From assembly GCA_973895155.1 (NCBI GenBank), contig OZ316894.1:11005874-11069873 (forward strand): DNA of 64,000 nt, written 5' to 3'. The stretch's first letter is position 1. Every line of letters starts with the position of its first letter. The notes beneath the pieces are model-generated. The model was not told the DNA's origin. It saw only the letters and a list, made by a program, of their open reading frames with translations, and made no database searches. Positions 25,776 through 39,237 of the stretch are shown here, piece by piece. The position numbers were made by a program, and so were the translations under genes. The stretch comes from Marsupella aquatica (Eukaryota; Plantae; Marchantiophyta).

Positions 25776-27865
25776 AAAAACTGTCACATTGGGAAAAACT
25801 GTCACATTGGGATGGGGGGAGTCTAATTGTATTTCCTCCCCATTTCCGTTCAAGACAAAAAAAAGAAAGCTTTTTCCCGTTGGTTTCGTCAATGTCGTTT
25901 AGTCCACCACTGCTTTCGCGGCGCAATGAGTTCTTATCCTCACAACTCTTGTTTTCGAATGAGGTGTCGGGAAGGAGCGTCTCCACAGCATAATCAACCA
26001 ATACCTGACATGGACGATCTGCATGTCCCGGAAATGCCGGATCGAATTGCCAAGCTGAGATAATTTCGATTTGCATCGTCAGGAAAGAAATTATCCGTGC
26101 ATCGTCAGGAAAGTAAGCAGTAGGCTCTTTTGGTTCCATCTGCGGTGTGTGGTCGTAACTGGTAAGAGGTGCATCATCAGCAACGTATGTGAGTACCGAC
26201 ACCGTGAACGCTGAGACAAAAACCACAGAACAAAGCCAACGAAGCCAAGAGAGTAGGGTGGGGACTGCTGAACCTCGGAAAATCAGATCAAATACGATCT
26301 CAGATTTTCCATTCTGAAAAAGACCTTTTTAAATCCTTGTCGGCTGCCTTAAGAAATCTAGTTCCAGACAGTCAAATCAACACGACTTGAGAGCTGGCCA
26401 ATGGGAGTGGCGACTGTGGGTAATGAGTCTTCATCGAGCAGGTTCAATTATGTTTGCTACTGAGATCTGTAAACTGTTTTCGGTAAACCATTTGGCTGAT
26501 TACAATTTATAGCTGGGGAAACGGGAGGAATTGGGCAAGTAATCATTCTCACCACACTGCCAAAGAACCAAAAGTGCCAAACGTTTCGAGAAGTCAGGAG
26601 ACCCAATAGGGCCAAAACAATAGGGCCAAAACAATAGGGCAAAAAACAAGGAAAAACAAGGATCATCAAAGAGCGAGAAAGCCCACTTTTTCCTGCGAGA
26701 GGTACCTCTTGTGTCAAGACTCCAGAATCTTTGACCATTATACGACAGACCTGGCACGCGTATGGTGCACGACGTTGCAAAAAGCCGGGGGGCAAGCCTT
26801 TCTCCCGGTTTTAAGGTTCTGCAACGATGCAGACTCAACAGAAGGTATTTTTTTACAGTGGTGATTGAGCAGGTTCAGCCGCCGGGCAGATAATATTTGT
26901 GGCCAACAGTTACCTCCTGAGCTCGTACAATTGACCATGTGGATCTAGGAGTGAAATTCTACGTCTTGGAGAATGAAATATAAATCGTCTGCCAAAAGAT
27001 CTGAGTCATACAAGAGCACATAGAGATGTCATCGAATGCATCAAGGCTTGATCATGTGGCCAAGCTTATTATTAGTGAGGCCTGTAGTGGGCTTCAACAC
27101 AACAACGATTTGTGTGAGTGTAATGCAATCTACACACCTTCGAGAAGTAGTGTTATCATGCCAAGTCACAGAAATTATGAGAGAAACCTAAAACCAAGAA
27201 TCATGACCGGATAACAGAATCTCTAAGATGAGCTTTCGAATAAAAGCGTTGTTGACGCATAAGATATGAAAGTAGTCTGTGAATGGAGGAAATGCTCATG
27301 GAAAACCGCAAGAAAATGGGTTTCTCTCATTTTCTCATTCTCATTCTCTCATTTTCTTGAGGTTTTCAGTACATTCAGCGAAGAGCCGGTTTTCTCAGTC
27401 TCCTGGACGGATAAGAAGTTTTGACTTGCCCTAAGTAAGACATCTCGTCTTAAACTTTTACTACAGTTCCTCTTTCTAGATTTTTGGGATTTGCGGTTTG
27501 CACACTTCGTTAGAGTTTCGCGTCTGTCAGCTTTGGATTTTGTCTCCTATTTCTTTCTTTTTTGCCTCGAAAAAACTCAATGAAATCCATTCAAAAAGCC
27601 AGAATACCGAACGGGGGGCCCAAAAGGCAACCACCCGGAAGGACCAGAGGTCAAGGTGCCGGGGCTGGTGAAGAAGAAACCGAGTAAGAAGCCGTGCCTC
27701 AAAAAGGGCAACCAAACTAGAAATTTGGAAACTACTACAAGAGCAGCACACTCCCAAAGACCGGCCAGTGAACAGGGACCGGCGAGGTACTGAACAGTGG
27801 GTCCGTGAAAGAAAAACAATCAGTCTACCAGTAGTGCAGCTTCAAAACCCGAAGGATCCGTTGAT

Positions 27866-30800
27866 TCATGGAGGACGCGGAGGAACAGGTTGAACCTGAA
27901 GTGTGTCTTCATGAATTTGCCATAAGCCATCCCATGCACCAAATTCCCGGGCCAGGTCCTGTCGTGCATCCGCGAAGGTGGTCTTCCCTGACCGAATCCT
28001 GGCCCTATGTCTGGCCCAGTCACGTTTGAGGTAAATGCCAAGGCGTTGCCAGGCCTTCCTGATGACTCCGTGAGGATTTGGTGGTGTATGCTCAATAAAG
28101 TGTGTGCATCGGTCCTTCCAAATATTCCAGCAAATAATAGCCCTGAGAAGATGCCAGAGCTTTGCTGGAGTGTCCCACGTATCTGGAAGTTCAGCCCCGA
28201 CGAAAATGTGGACTGGTAGGAGGAGGATCCGTCCTGCTCCGTGAGAGAACGCGCAGTGTTGAAGAATGGATTGCACCAAGGTCCATATCCCCTGAGACAC
28301 AACACACTCCCAAATGCAATGAACGATGTCTTGGTGTTGGTTCAAACCGCATCTAGTGCACCATGTACTAGGATCAGTGGGTGGGAGACGAGGGAACCTC
28401 CAGTGCTGTGTTGCCGGGATGCGGTAAATGAGTTGCCACAGGTAGCAGCTTTCCCGAGCAGCACGAAAGGGGAGCCAGGTGCGTGTCCATAGTGTTCCAG
28501 GGTCAGGGGTCCAATTCAATCGAAGTGCCCATTTGTGCAAGGCCTTGTGGAGGATTCTAGGGGATCTCCCCTGGATTACCTGTAAATGAGCAGTGGATGT
28601 ATCCAGGAAAGGAAGGCCATCCTTCCACTCGTACTGGAGCAAGGGTGCCAGAAGGCTGATAGGCCTCACGATGTGAAGCATGAGGACCGTAGCAGCACTT
28701 GACTTCCTAACCAAAACCCTGTGCAGGAGTGCCTCCGGTGGTGGTGCAAAAGTGGCCATCTTGTGTAGACAGTTGTTGATGACTTGGAAGGTCCGTTTTG
28801 GTGCAGAGGTAGCCTGGGCGAATTGCCATTGGGTCGTAATGAGTTGCCTCGTGGTAGAGAACTCCCAGATGTACAGGTTGCCATTCGAAAGCCATGCTTC
28901 CATGAAAATTGGGAGTACTCCACTATGCTCATGGTGCAGTTCCGGAACACTCCTGAGATTGGCTATCATCTTCTGGTAAGCACGAGCACAATTCCGGGGT
29001 AGTAGTGCACTAGGCCCGTCCTCCCACCTCAGGAAGTGCCCCTATGCATCCAGGACATCTTGCATCAAATGAAAACCTGCCCTCCTAATTTTACGTTGTG
29101 GATTGCTGTGGCACTTCGCCCCACTAGAGTTGATATGGTTGAGATGAGGTCGCCATGGAGGGAGGTGCCTCCAACCTTCTAAGTGTCCAGGAGGTGTGGG
29201 CCTCAAATGTTTCTTGACGACATTCCATGCAGTGCAGACATTGATCCAGACCTGTGAACCATCCCGAGGGAGAGTATGGCAGTGAGAGAATGCCCACATA
29301 AAGTTGTCAGCTCCCCATTTTTGCAAAGAGAGTTTCCTAATCTCAAATTGAAGGAGTCGTCACAGGGGGTGATCTCCTTCCGCCAAAGCCCAAATTATGA
29401 AATTCCCAGCCAAAGCTATGAATTGTGCCACCAAGGAGATCAGTCCGAGTCCCCCGTGGCTCTTTGGCTTGGTGATAGTAGCAAAATCAACCCTGGCCTG
29501 AGCCTTAGTGTTCTGCCCCGCCCACACAAAGGCGGTAATCTTCTTTTGCAAGTTGTCTAGCGTGCTAAGCTGCCCAGCCCATATGGTAAGAGAGAACCAC
29601 ATAGTGCTCAGAACCAAGTGATTGGCCACAATGACCCGGGCGATCAGCGAGTCAGAGGTCTTATGGACTTGATCCAATCTTGACTCCAGCTTTTCAGATA
29701 GATAATGGACCATTTGATGTTCCGAAATGTGCTGCGCGATAGGAATCCCAAGGAGCTTAGTGGCACTGTGTTCATCTTCCCACCTCCAAGGTAGCCGCCT
29801 GAATTCAATTGGGATCCACCTTGGAGAAATGTATGCGGCCTTGGTTTTTTCCCAGGCGCAGAAAAGGCCGGAAGCCTTGCCGAAGAGGTCTAGAACCAGC
29901 TTGCTTCTATCAAGAAATTGTGTCATGGCCCGAATCAATAGAGCTAAGTCATCAGCAAAGAAATTATGAACATTGTGTACCCCCAGGTGTGGGATGTCGA
30001 CACCCTGAATGGAGCCCCTGCTGACTTCTCTGCTTAAGATGTTGCTAAGGGAGTCGATCGCGATAAGAAAAAGTAGAGGAGACAATGGACACCCCTGTCT
30101 CACCGAGCGAGCAAGGTTGAAAGGTGAGGCCATCCTCCCATTAATTAGCACTGCCGAAGATGCAGAGGCATGGGTGGCACTCAGAAAGCGCGTGAGCAGG
30201 CCGTTGAACCCCGTCTTCTCCAAGATTGACAGCAGGAAATGCCATTCAAGCTTGTCGAAGGCCTTGATGATGTCCAGCTTCAGTAGTATGTAATCCAAAC
30301 CGGATGTCTTAGCATGGTGCATTGTTTTGTTTAGAAGCATAAGAGAATGGTGGTCCATGTTGCGCCTTGGGAGGAAGGCAAATTGCTGAGGCGAGATGAA
30401 ACGCTATAAAATCGGAATGAGCCGCATCTGGAAAGCTTTAGCTCTGATCTTATGGGCTACATTCAACAACGTAATGGGGCGCTTATTGGTGAGGGATCTT
30501 TGGTCGTCTTTCTTTGGGAGGAGGACAATGAGGCCCCGGGTGATCTCGGGAGAGAAGTCCTCCTCGGCCAGGCCAAGTAAAAGTGCTCTGTGAAGCGATG
30601 GGCCCACCGTGTGCCAATTTGCCACGAAGAATTTGGCGGGGACCCCGTCTGGGCCAGGGCACTTATTGATTGCCAGTGCAGCTGCTGCTTTCCCAAGTTC
30701 TTCCACCATGAGGGGTGCATTGAGCAGATTCTGATCCTCCAACGTGATGCGCCTAGATTGTAACTCGAGGACCTGAGACACTTGTTCCCAGTTGAATCCA

Positions 30801-32230
30801 GCTGATTGTCCGAGGATGCCTTGGAAGAAGTTGGTAGCAGTGGCAGCCCAATCTTCCCACCCACTGATTGTCCGAGGATGCCTTGGAAGAACTTGGTAGC
30901 AGTGGCAGCCCAATCTTCCCACCCACTGACGATTTGTTCCTTGGGGGTAAGTAGATGGGTGATCTCCTTATTCATGGCCAGCCCCAAAAAGCTCCTAAAG
31001 AAGAGTTTGGAGCATTTATCACCCTCGCCAATCCACCTAGATTGAAGGATAAAATCCATCCATCGAACCTGTTCATCTTCAAATTCATGGATCAGGGTCT
31101 CCACATCCTTGAGGGACCTCTGATACACTGAATCCATTGGGTCTCTCTCCAATTGAAATTGAGCAAGGGCCAAGTTGCGACGAAGCAAAGTTTATTTCCT
31201 TCTACCTTCTCTTAATAGCTTTTCTCTTACCCCAGCATCGATCGATCTTCTGGGCCTTTTTAAGACACCGAATGAGAATGTTATCCACCTTCATGCCCCT
31301 GGCAGTACGAATTTCCTCCTCCTGCTCTCACATTAGTGAGATATGGTCCTGAAAGGCACAAATTTGTTGGTGATCGGCATTCATTCGATGCAGAGATGGT
31401 CTCTTGATGAGGCCCGTGGGTGTGAGCTGGGCAATTACCGGGGCATGATTGGATAATGTGATGTTGGGTAAGATGGTGGATGAAACATCAAATTTCTCCC
31501 TAGAAGCTCCCCTAGAGATATAAATGCGATCGAGCCTTCTCAGAACCCGATTGCTACCAGCTTGTACATGTTGCATGCCTGGGACATGTCGAAAGCTTCT
31601 CTTATTATCCCAATTGAATCTCAGGTGCCCTAGATGTTCCTGGAAAGTGTCAACCAGGTGCAAGCGTCGCTTAAGGTGGCGCCAGGCCCGTCCTTCGCTG
31701 CCCACAATAGTATTGCCGATGCACCCCCTATGGTCCGATTCCTGTTCAATCATGTTGAAATCCCCTAATAGAATCCAGGTGAAGGAGGGATCCAAACAAT
31801 TGAAAAGCGCCCTCCAAAGGTCCATCCATGCTCGAGCAGAGTTAGGAGCGTAAACCCCCAGAAACCCCACCTTACCCAATCCTGCATGAATCATGCAGCA
31901 CCATGCAGCCCGACCACCCTCCAAGACACCTTCAGAAATAACGTATTGATAAAGATCATTCTTTATGGCCAATGCCATGCCCCCCGAACCTGCCTCCACC
32001 CTGCTGTTGCGGACAGAATGTGCTCCATCCGCAGTGGGGGCACAAATCCAATGTGTTGTCCTCTAGACTTCACTCAATTTGAAGATTTGGCCAGCACGGA
32101 GTTTGTGCTCCTGAATGCACAGAATGTAAGGGGAACGTTGCAGCCCGTCCAGGATGAAGCGGGCTCATAGGCGCCTTGTGCGTGATGCCAAACCTCGTAG
32201 GTTGTAGGTCAGAATGGTGAGATTGGGCAT
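27866..32230 (-). pseudogene. LINE ORF2 (endonuclease, reverse transcriptase, zf-RVT), disrupted
   Basis: MPNLTILTYNLRG, GVYAPN, LLGDFN, RLDRIY, SNHAP (EN); KCPGPDG, KLDIIKAFD, VRQGCPLSP, FADD (RT); CTRCG..DIVHCIWEC (zf-RVT). Several frameshifts and stops. Confidence 0.92.
30802..30925. repeat. 62-bp tandem duplication inside LINE ORF2
   Basis: Units start at 30802 and 30864 and differ at one base; CTGA microhomology at the junction; causes a frameshift. Confidence 0.9.
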
Positions 32231-33884
32231 CGTCAGTCGGAGGGATCTTAAGGCAAGACGGAGTTTGATGTGTGGGTTCCAAAAGTCTTGGGCGTTTTGC
32301 TCGAGTGGGTATGTCACTAGGTGAGAGGGGCAATGGATCGGAGTCGGTCTTGGAGGATTCACGAGAAAAGGGGCGTTTTTGGATGGTGACGTTTGCCAAA
32401 TCAGTGGGAGGCTGGGGGGAGGCCAAATTTGATGGAGGGATCCCAGAGATGGAGTGAGTCACCTCAACAGCAATCGACATTGCCTCCACAACCAGAGTTG
32501 TTGACCCGGTCGCAAGGGTTGGTTTGACCACCCATACCAGCCTCGGAGGTTTTTGTGGATTGGGATGGGAATGTGCCGGACTGGCAATGGTAACAGGCTC
32601 TTTGGGTGTTGCCACCAAAATGGTGTGGCTAGTGTCGCCACTACCTGCTGGATGGTGTGATTGGGTCTCCCTTGGGCTACTTCGTGTGCCCTGAGGCGTA
32701 TCGGTGTTTGGATTGCCCAGCTGCCTCCGGGAATTCTTTGCAATCTTGTGATGGGTTTTGCGCTGGTTTTTGCGAGAAGAGTTGCCCAGGGGAGGTGGCT
32801 TGGTGGAGTCGTGAGTAGCCGAGGCTGCGGGGTTGTTGGTGCTCTTGGAGGCTTGTTCCGCTTCAAAATCCGTAGCCCTGTCCGCAAGGTGTTGAAGTTT
32901 AGCTTCCTCCCTCTGCTGTTGCTCTTCTGCACGATCCCTCCAGTAATCTGCCTCCGCTCTGGCCCGATTGGCTGCCTTGTGGGCCACTTCTTGACACTAT
33001 TGATACACCACAGCATCCAATCGGCCCTTTTTTTTGTCGTTTTGGATGACGCAATTGGATGCACCGCCTCTCCGCCTAAGGAGTTGAATTGTAGATTTTG
33101 ATCCTTGAAGAATTGTGGTCGTGGTAGCGGGCACTTTGAAGCAAAATGCCTGTAGGAAAAGCAAAAGTAGCAGCGAAGGTTTCTGCCGATGTAGTCAAAG
33201 TAAATGGTGGTGGTGCTAGGGCTGCTGAGTTGGAATTTACCGTATGCAGGGAACAACTTGAGAGTGGTTTCGACGATTGCAGAAATGTGGTGATTTTTGG
33301 TGCCAGGTGCTTGCTTAGCATGGATGAAACGTCCGATGGGGGCCACCACAAATTTGATGACTGTATTCATAAATCTTCGGGCTACCCTGCTTAATGTAGA
33401 CAGAGACCAGATGCTTGCAATCCGGTGTGTTGCATGGATCAAACTTAGGCGTGTAGTCATTGATGGCTGCAAAACGGTCCAGAGCTTTGAGAGGGGAGGC
33501 ATTGGTTAAGCTCTTTTTGACATGGTCCCCCACATTCGCGTCAAATTGAACCACAAATAGAGCCTGGGGCAGCTCGTCATGTAAGGACAGCTTAATTTCA
33601 TGCTCCTGATTGTATGCCGAGATCCAATCTTGGGCCAGGCGGGTGTCAAATTCAGATTTGAAACCAAGCACGACCTTGTTTCCATAAATCCGCTTAGTAC
33701 CAAGCTGAAGGACCTCCTTTGGAATGTCAAAAATCTCTTGAGTTAGGACGGTGGGTATGGAAGGAGTAAGTCTGGTCCCCAGTGTCTTGATCGGAGGGCA
33801 GCTCCGCGCATCATCTTCATGCCTTAAGTGCGTTGGATGAGTTGGTGTAGGCCGCTTAGAATGTCAAGATGAGCTGCTGGCCAT
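32070..33884 (-). pseudogene. LINE ORF1 (gag-like, zinc knuckle), disrupted
   Basis: ATG at 33884 and TGA at codon 7; CYFCFSYRHFASKC knuckle; frameshifts near 33345 and at the T-run near 33030. Confidence 0.75.
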
Positions 33885-35802
33885 ATCACCCTGCAGAAAG
33901 AATACGGACAATCCCAAGGAGTGGGGGATCCAAGTTGGTGCAAGTGCAACATCGTACAGGGTCAGCGCCAAATGTGCAGCGAAAATGCTCAATCCCAGAA
34001 TCCCAAGGTTCCCACAGAATTAGGAAGCCCAAGGTTCCCACAGAATCAGAAAGCCTAAAGATTGCTCGTCGGTATTACAATCTTCGTGCCAAGTCGCCCC
34101 CTCGTTGTGCTGGTGATGTTCGAGAAATGGTCACTGGGCTACTGGATTTTGAAAGCAGCCAAGTCTCCCACATTACGCCCTGCATCAATTGGAGAGTCTG
34201 ATGCTAGGATGCAGAATTCGCAACAATTTCCCAACTTGATGATCAAGTTCTTCGTAAAATGTTGAGATCAGACGAAAGGGGGGATGGAGAGAGTTAGGCG
34301 AGAGACCATCCGATGTGTGTAGGTGTGCATGCGTTACCGGAGTAATTTCTCAGCTAGCCGTTAATGAGAGACAAAGAGGGGATGAAAGTAAGCGAGCTGT
34401 TAAACGAGCTGTTAAGATAAGACAAGTGATTCCCGTGGTGGAGGACTGCCGACTTTGAATTATTAACCCAAACAGCAGGGAGGAAAAACCGGGAGTGGTA
34501 AGGTGTAAGTTTAAGTCACTCCCCCTCGGACCAGATCCACGGAATTACTTGTCCACCACAGCTGAAAATGTAAGTGTGACCTATCGCCTCACCGTCTGTC
34601 CTCTCACCTGTTTCCACGGAGCGCTACATCTTTTTGCCCCCCCCCGGCCCCCCACTTCCTCTGACAACAGCATAGACTGGGTCTGTCTCCTCTTTCTTCA
34701 TTGTATCTGTTTGGCCCTTTTTGTAGTTAAACAGCGTATATTGTACACGTCAAACACAACACAAAAGCACAGACTTAAGACTTTTCTTCACAGGGAGCTA
34801 AACCTTTTGTGAATAGAACGAAGACTTTATGTTCAACAAAACTCTGCAAAAATGCAAAAGGGTTTAAGGTTTTGAACTTAAATGGTCAAGCATCAAGAAT
34901 GCAAAAGTTACTAATCAAGCTCAAGCAAGCTAGCTTCTTCACGGATTTTGTGCTGCTCAACGAAACTGTCAGTCAAGACTGCAATTAAGATTGCTCTCAT
35001 GTGGCGGCTACAGTTCTGTGGTGTCTCTCACCAAAGTAGGCTCAAACAATTTACTTAAACAGGCGGCTCTCTATAAGTGCAAAATCTATAAGTGCAGAAC
35101 TACCTAACTGCAAGGCATCCCATTATTCCTCTTATTGTAACACTATTTTTGCACCTATGGTAAGAACTATTTCTAAATGACAACTGTATAACTTGTGCTA
35201 AACCCCTCATAAGTGTATATGTCTTATTGGTAAGTGCACAATCCCATCAAATTGCATATATTGATAAGTGCATGACCTCTTTTACTGGAGAGAAAATGCA
35301 ATCATGGAGTAGAACACCTAATGTTGGCAATGACAAACAATTTGGGTTGTGAGTCATGAAACTGCTTACTGATGGAGGGTGAACTCTTACCGATACCTGC
35401 ACATTTCTACAAATTGCGCTTCACGAGTGAACCATATAACCTATAATAATCGAGCTTGAGAGGGATGCTTCATGGGGAGTCCACAACTTCCCAACACTTT
35501 AGGTGACACAATAGTAGCTATCGAATGGTGATACACTCCCTCCCTGCCCAATTGTTGAGCAAATGACCGTTATTCAAAGACATCATGCACATCTGCAACG
35601 TCAAACAAACACACAAATAGTTGACTCAAGAGATACATGGTTTATTTTTCCAAAGGTTATATCCACAGGAATAGACAAGAAAGTTTTACTAAACTCTAAG
35701 CACTTTAGCCATACCAAGTCTCCACATATTAAGCTCTCAATGTCTTTTAGATTGTTGTGTAACAATGAGCATTGTTGTGTAACAGTGAGCTTCAGTTCCA
35801 CC

Positions 35803-37200
35803 CATTAACAAAGTAAGTCAGATTGTAAGTGCATAAAGTAGTATGTGGCGTATCTACCTTAACCAAGTGCCTGACTGTGGTTAGACTAACTATGATTACA
35901 TTATGATGGGCAAATACAACATTCACAATTCAACAACAAGCCCTTATCATCCAACACACAAATAATCAACATAGAGAGATTCGTGGTTCACCGCAACTGA
36001 GGCTACGTCCACATGAACACAAGAGAACTTTACTTCACTCTAAGCTTGTCGACCATACAAGATCGCCCTATCTCTCAATTGGCTTGATAACAATCGATCA
36101 GCCTGAGTTCCTTGTATCCAAACAAACATTGGTTGGGATATAGTGGGCACTTACGGTTAGCTAACCAAGTTTGCGACTCAAGTTATGATACAATCATAAC
36201 TCTAGACCAAAGAGTAGATGCCTAACATATTAGAACTCTAGACCCAAGAGTTAATTTCTAAGAAACTCCCCCTTGACTTTGGTCTAGAGGATCATAATCA
36301 CTACCTCCTATAGGATTTTTCAACGGGAAGTGTAGGAGAGAACCTCTATCAGATTTAACCTCTCTAATCTAGAGCCAAACGGTAGCCCAAACAAGATTAA
36401 GAGTTACCACCAAACTCCTAGGCAATAAGAAATTATGGACCACCAAATTCACAATCTATAATTATTGTTGTTGAGATCGTTGAGGGCCTCACTCCAAGGG
36501 GGGTCCCATGTCACGCACAAAGGTTTTGGAAAATAAACACCCTAAAGAATAGCTCATGGTTTTGGGGAATTAACATGAGCTATGCATGTTTGCAAGTAGT
36601 AGATTGCCAGCTTATGCACCCACCATCACGTCTGAAAACATATTCTATTGTCAATTTCCTTTGATCCAAACCTTGCCCATAGGCACAATAAACATAGTCA
36701 ATCAACAATTTGATATTGTTTGCATCAACCAAGAAACCAAAATTAACAATGATTGAAGATACATAAGAACCACTTCAATGCTTCCTATTGTACATTTCCC
36801 GGATTTGAAAGACCAAAAGTAACAATCTATTGTAATAACCAATCCCGCCATTTTTCATCCATAGTCTTCTTACAAAATTGAAAAAGGAGGGAACAATGCT
36901 CAGCCGTCAGATATTTTCTAGAATTAAGGCTCTTGGATTGAATAAGATGAGTACCTAAGATTGGTTCTAAGTTATAGTACAAGGTAAATATACTATGTGA
37001 TAGAGCACTTGAATGGGTTAGTTATTTTGTAGCTTGGCTTATAACACTTTTTGGCAAGGAGCATACAAGTGAAAGTAGATTATTTTATGGTCTACTTAGA
37101 GTACATTTTGGCATAGAACATTAAACTGAAAATAGATTGATTTGAGATAATGGGTTTTGGCCAGGACCCAGCAATAAGGGAAAGTAGAGTAGATTGACAT
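35803..37200 (-). mobile_element. Degenerate Copia element: LTR 36227-35803, PPT and RT/RNase H remnant
   Basis: LTR starts TGTTAGG at 36227. PPT AAGGGGGAG at 36274-36266 is followed by a second LTR start near 36263. YVFRRDGGCISWQS (Copia RNase H-like) near 36600-36645. Outer boundary is approximate. Confidence 0.65.
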
Positions 37201-37529
37201 TAAATTATTTTGGCTTGTGCTCTTAAAATGTAGATTCAATTGGAGGTTAATTGTCTTTTCTTGCCATTTTTTGACTCATTTAAAAATATTTTTGATGGTC
37301 TTAAGGGAAGAAAAAGGGGGAGGAAGGAGGAAGGAAGAGGCACTAGGAGGGCAAGAGGGGAAAGCAAGAAAAGAAAGGGAGAAGATGGGAGAGGTGGGAA
37401 ATAGGAAGGCTGGAAAAATTTGGGAAATGTTTTGGGTAAAAGAATAAACATGGGTAGTTATCTCGCATCTCCCATTTTTATGTGAAATGTATAGGTTATT
37501 AAACACCACCACAGCAACTTTACCTTACC

Positions 37530-37990
37530 TTGACATCTTTATCTCATCTTGTCATTTTTTCTCACATTAATATCTTTATCTCACAAGAACATCTTTTCTC
37601 ACATCTTGACATTTTTTCTCAACTTCTTTTTTCACCTAGCTTGACATCTTTCCTCAACTTGACATCTTTTCTTCAACTCGACATCTTGCCTTTTGCTCAC
37701 CTTGGCATCTTTATCTCACTACAATAGTTTTCTATCACCCTCAATGTCTTTTCTCTCCTCGACATCTTTTCCTCATCTTTACATCTTTTTTGCACCTTGC
37801 CATCTTTTCCCTCCTTGACCTCCTTTTCTCACCTTGACTTCTTTTCTTCACCTCAACATCTATTTTTCTCATTGACATATTTTTTCAGCTCAACATCTTT
37901 ACCTCACCTCTACATCTTGCCCTCTCCTTGATATCTTGCCCTCGTCTCAACATCTTTGCCTCTCCTCAATGTCTTGCTCTTACCTCAAAA
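37530..37990. repeat. Degenerate pyrimidine-rich (TT)GACATCTTT tandem array
   Basis: Repeated GACATCTT and CAACATCTT units. Confidence 0.65.
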
Positions 37991-38578
37991 TGTTTTGTGA
38001 AACACACAGACATTAGGCTAGTACACTTATGATACATGAGAACTCACTCCAATGCTTCTCACTAAATCTGACATACATCTATTCACTTTGCCTACTGTCA
38101 TGTCAATATCAGGTCTAGTGTAAGTTTTGAAATACATGATACTAGGTATTGCCTTACAATAATGAATCTTGGATATTAGCCTCCTCCATATAGCATCTGT
38201 GGGACATTAAGTTAGAAACGTTATTCGAAAGGGGTACTCATTGGCTTGTGACGATCCACATTGAACCTATCAATTACATTTACATCAATCATAGTTTAGG
38301 GATTTCCAAGTTCTTACTTAGGTCCTACCTTTGTGGGCCCTAAGTCCTTTATTTAAGCTCAACATCTAGCAGTGGCTGACTGAGTTTAACAATGTCAAAT
38401 CTATCTTTAACTTCACTGAAAATGCCATCCATATAATTAGAACAAAATAATTAGAACAATAATAAAATCACAGACCCTGAGGAATTTACAGCCCATTACC
38501 CACTCTTTGGGTTACCCTACTCCTCTTTGCTCTTAAGTGGCCAATAGGATGGGATTCACATGTAGTTTCTTTGGCTAC

Positions 38579-39237
38579 CCCGGTTTGAAGTGACGGGCAA
38601 CTTGCCGAGTTGCCCGCACGTAAACTCGGCATTTGCCGGACCAAAATGCCTCTATTTGACGCATATTCCATCTTATTCCCCGGCCCGGCCCAAACTCTTC
38701 CCGGCCTTGTCCTGGACGCTACCACCCTTCCCGGCAACCAGCCCGGCCCCTCCCCGGACCTGGCCAAACAGCAGCCGGGGGCGGGAAGGGGCAAGCCGGG
38801 TCCGGGTGGGAGGAGGGGAGGGGAGGGGAGGAGGGGAAGGTGAGGAGGGGAGGGGAGGAGGGGAAGGTGGGGAGGGGAGGGGAGGGGAGGGGAGGGGAGG
38901 GGAGGGCCGGGCCGGGTCCGGGTCCGGGTGAGGGGAGGGTGAGGAGGGCCGGGTGAGGAGGGGAGGCTGGGACTGGGAGCCGGGGGATGTCCGAGCCGGG
39001 ACCGCAGGCCGGGAGATGTGGGAGCAGGGACCGGGGGCCGGGGGATGTGCTCGGGCCAGGACCGGGGACCGGGGCCGGGACGGAGGAAACAAAAGGGAAA
39101 CGAGACCGGGTGATGGGGCCGGGAGGTCATGGCCGGGCCGGGCCGGGACCGGGGGATCGAGACCGGGAGAGGCCGGGTGTCGACTTGCCGGTTGACGGCC
39201 TCGGAAGGGTCTATTTGCCAGGCAAGTCCAAACCGGG
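38579..39237. mobile_element. Second CCCGGTTT-terminus, 8-bp-TSD non-autonomous TIR element with G-run-rich interior
   Basis: Termini CCCGGTTTGAAG...TCCAAACCGGG; TSD TTGGCTAC (38571-38578) and TTGGCTAG (38238+1000 = 39238-39245); interior (GGGGA)n. Confidence 0.8.

Larger units (their letters stand above)
27556..34683 (-). mobile_element. Near full-length L1-clade LINE, mutated
   Basis: ORF1 with CCHC knuckle; ORF2 with APE endonuclease, RT and zf-RVT; A-rich tail near 27556-27563. Candidate 15-bp TSD TGTCTCCT(A/C)TTTCTT at 27541-27555 and 34684-34698; the 5' boundary is less certain. Confidence 0.85.

Noticed and set aside
27301-27367. 18-bp inverted repeat hairpin as a miRNA precursor
   Set aside because: Stem too short and low-complexity; more likely a MITE relic.
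33864-33866. In-frame TGA/TAG codons as U-to-C editing or readthrough sites
   Set aside because: Nuclear TE sequence; methylcytosine deamination explains them more simply.
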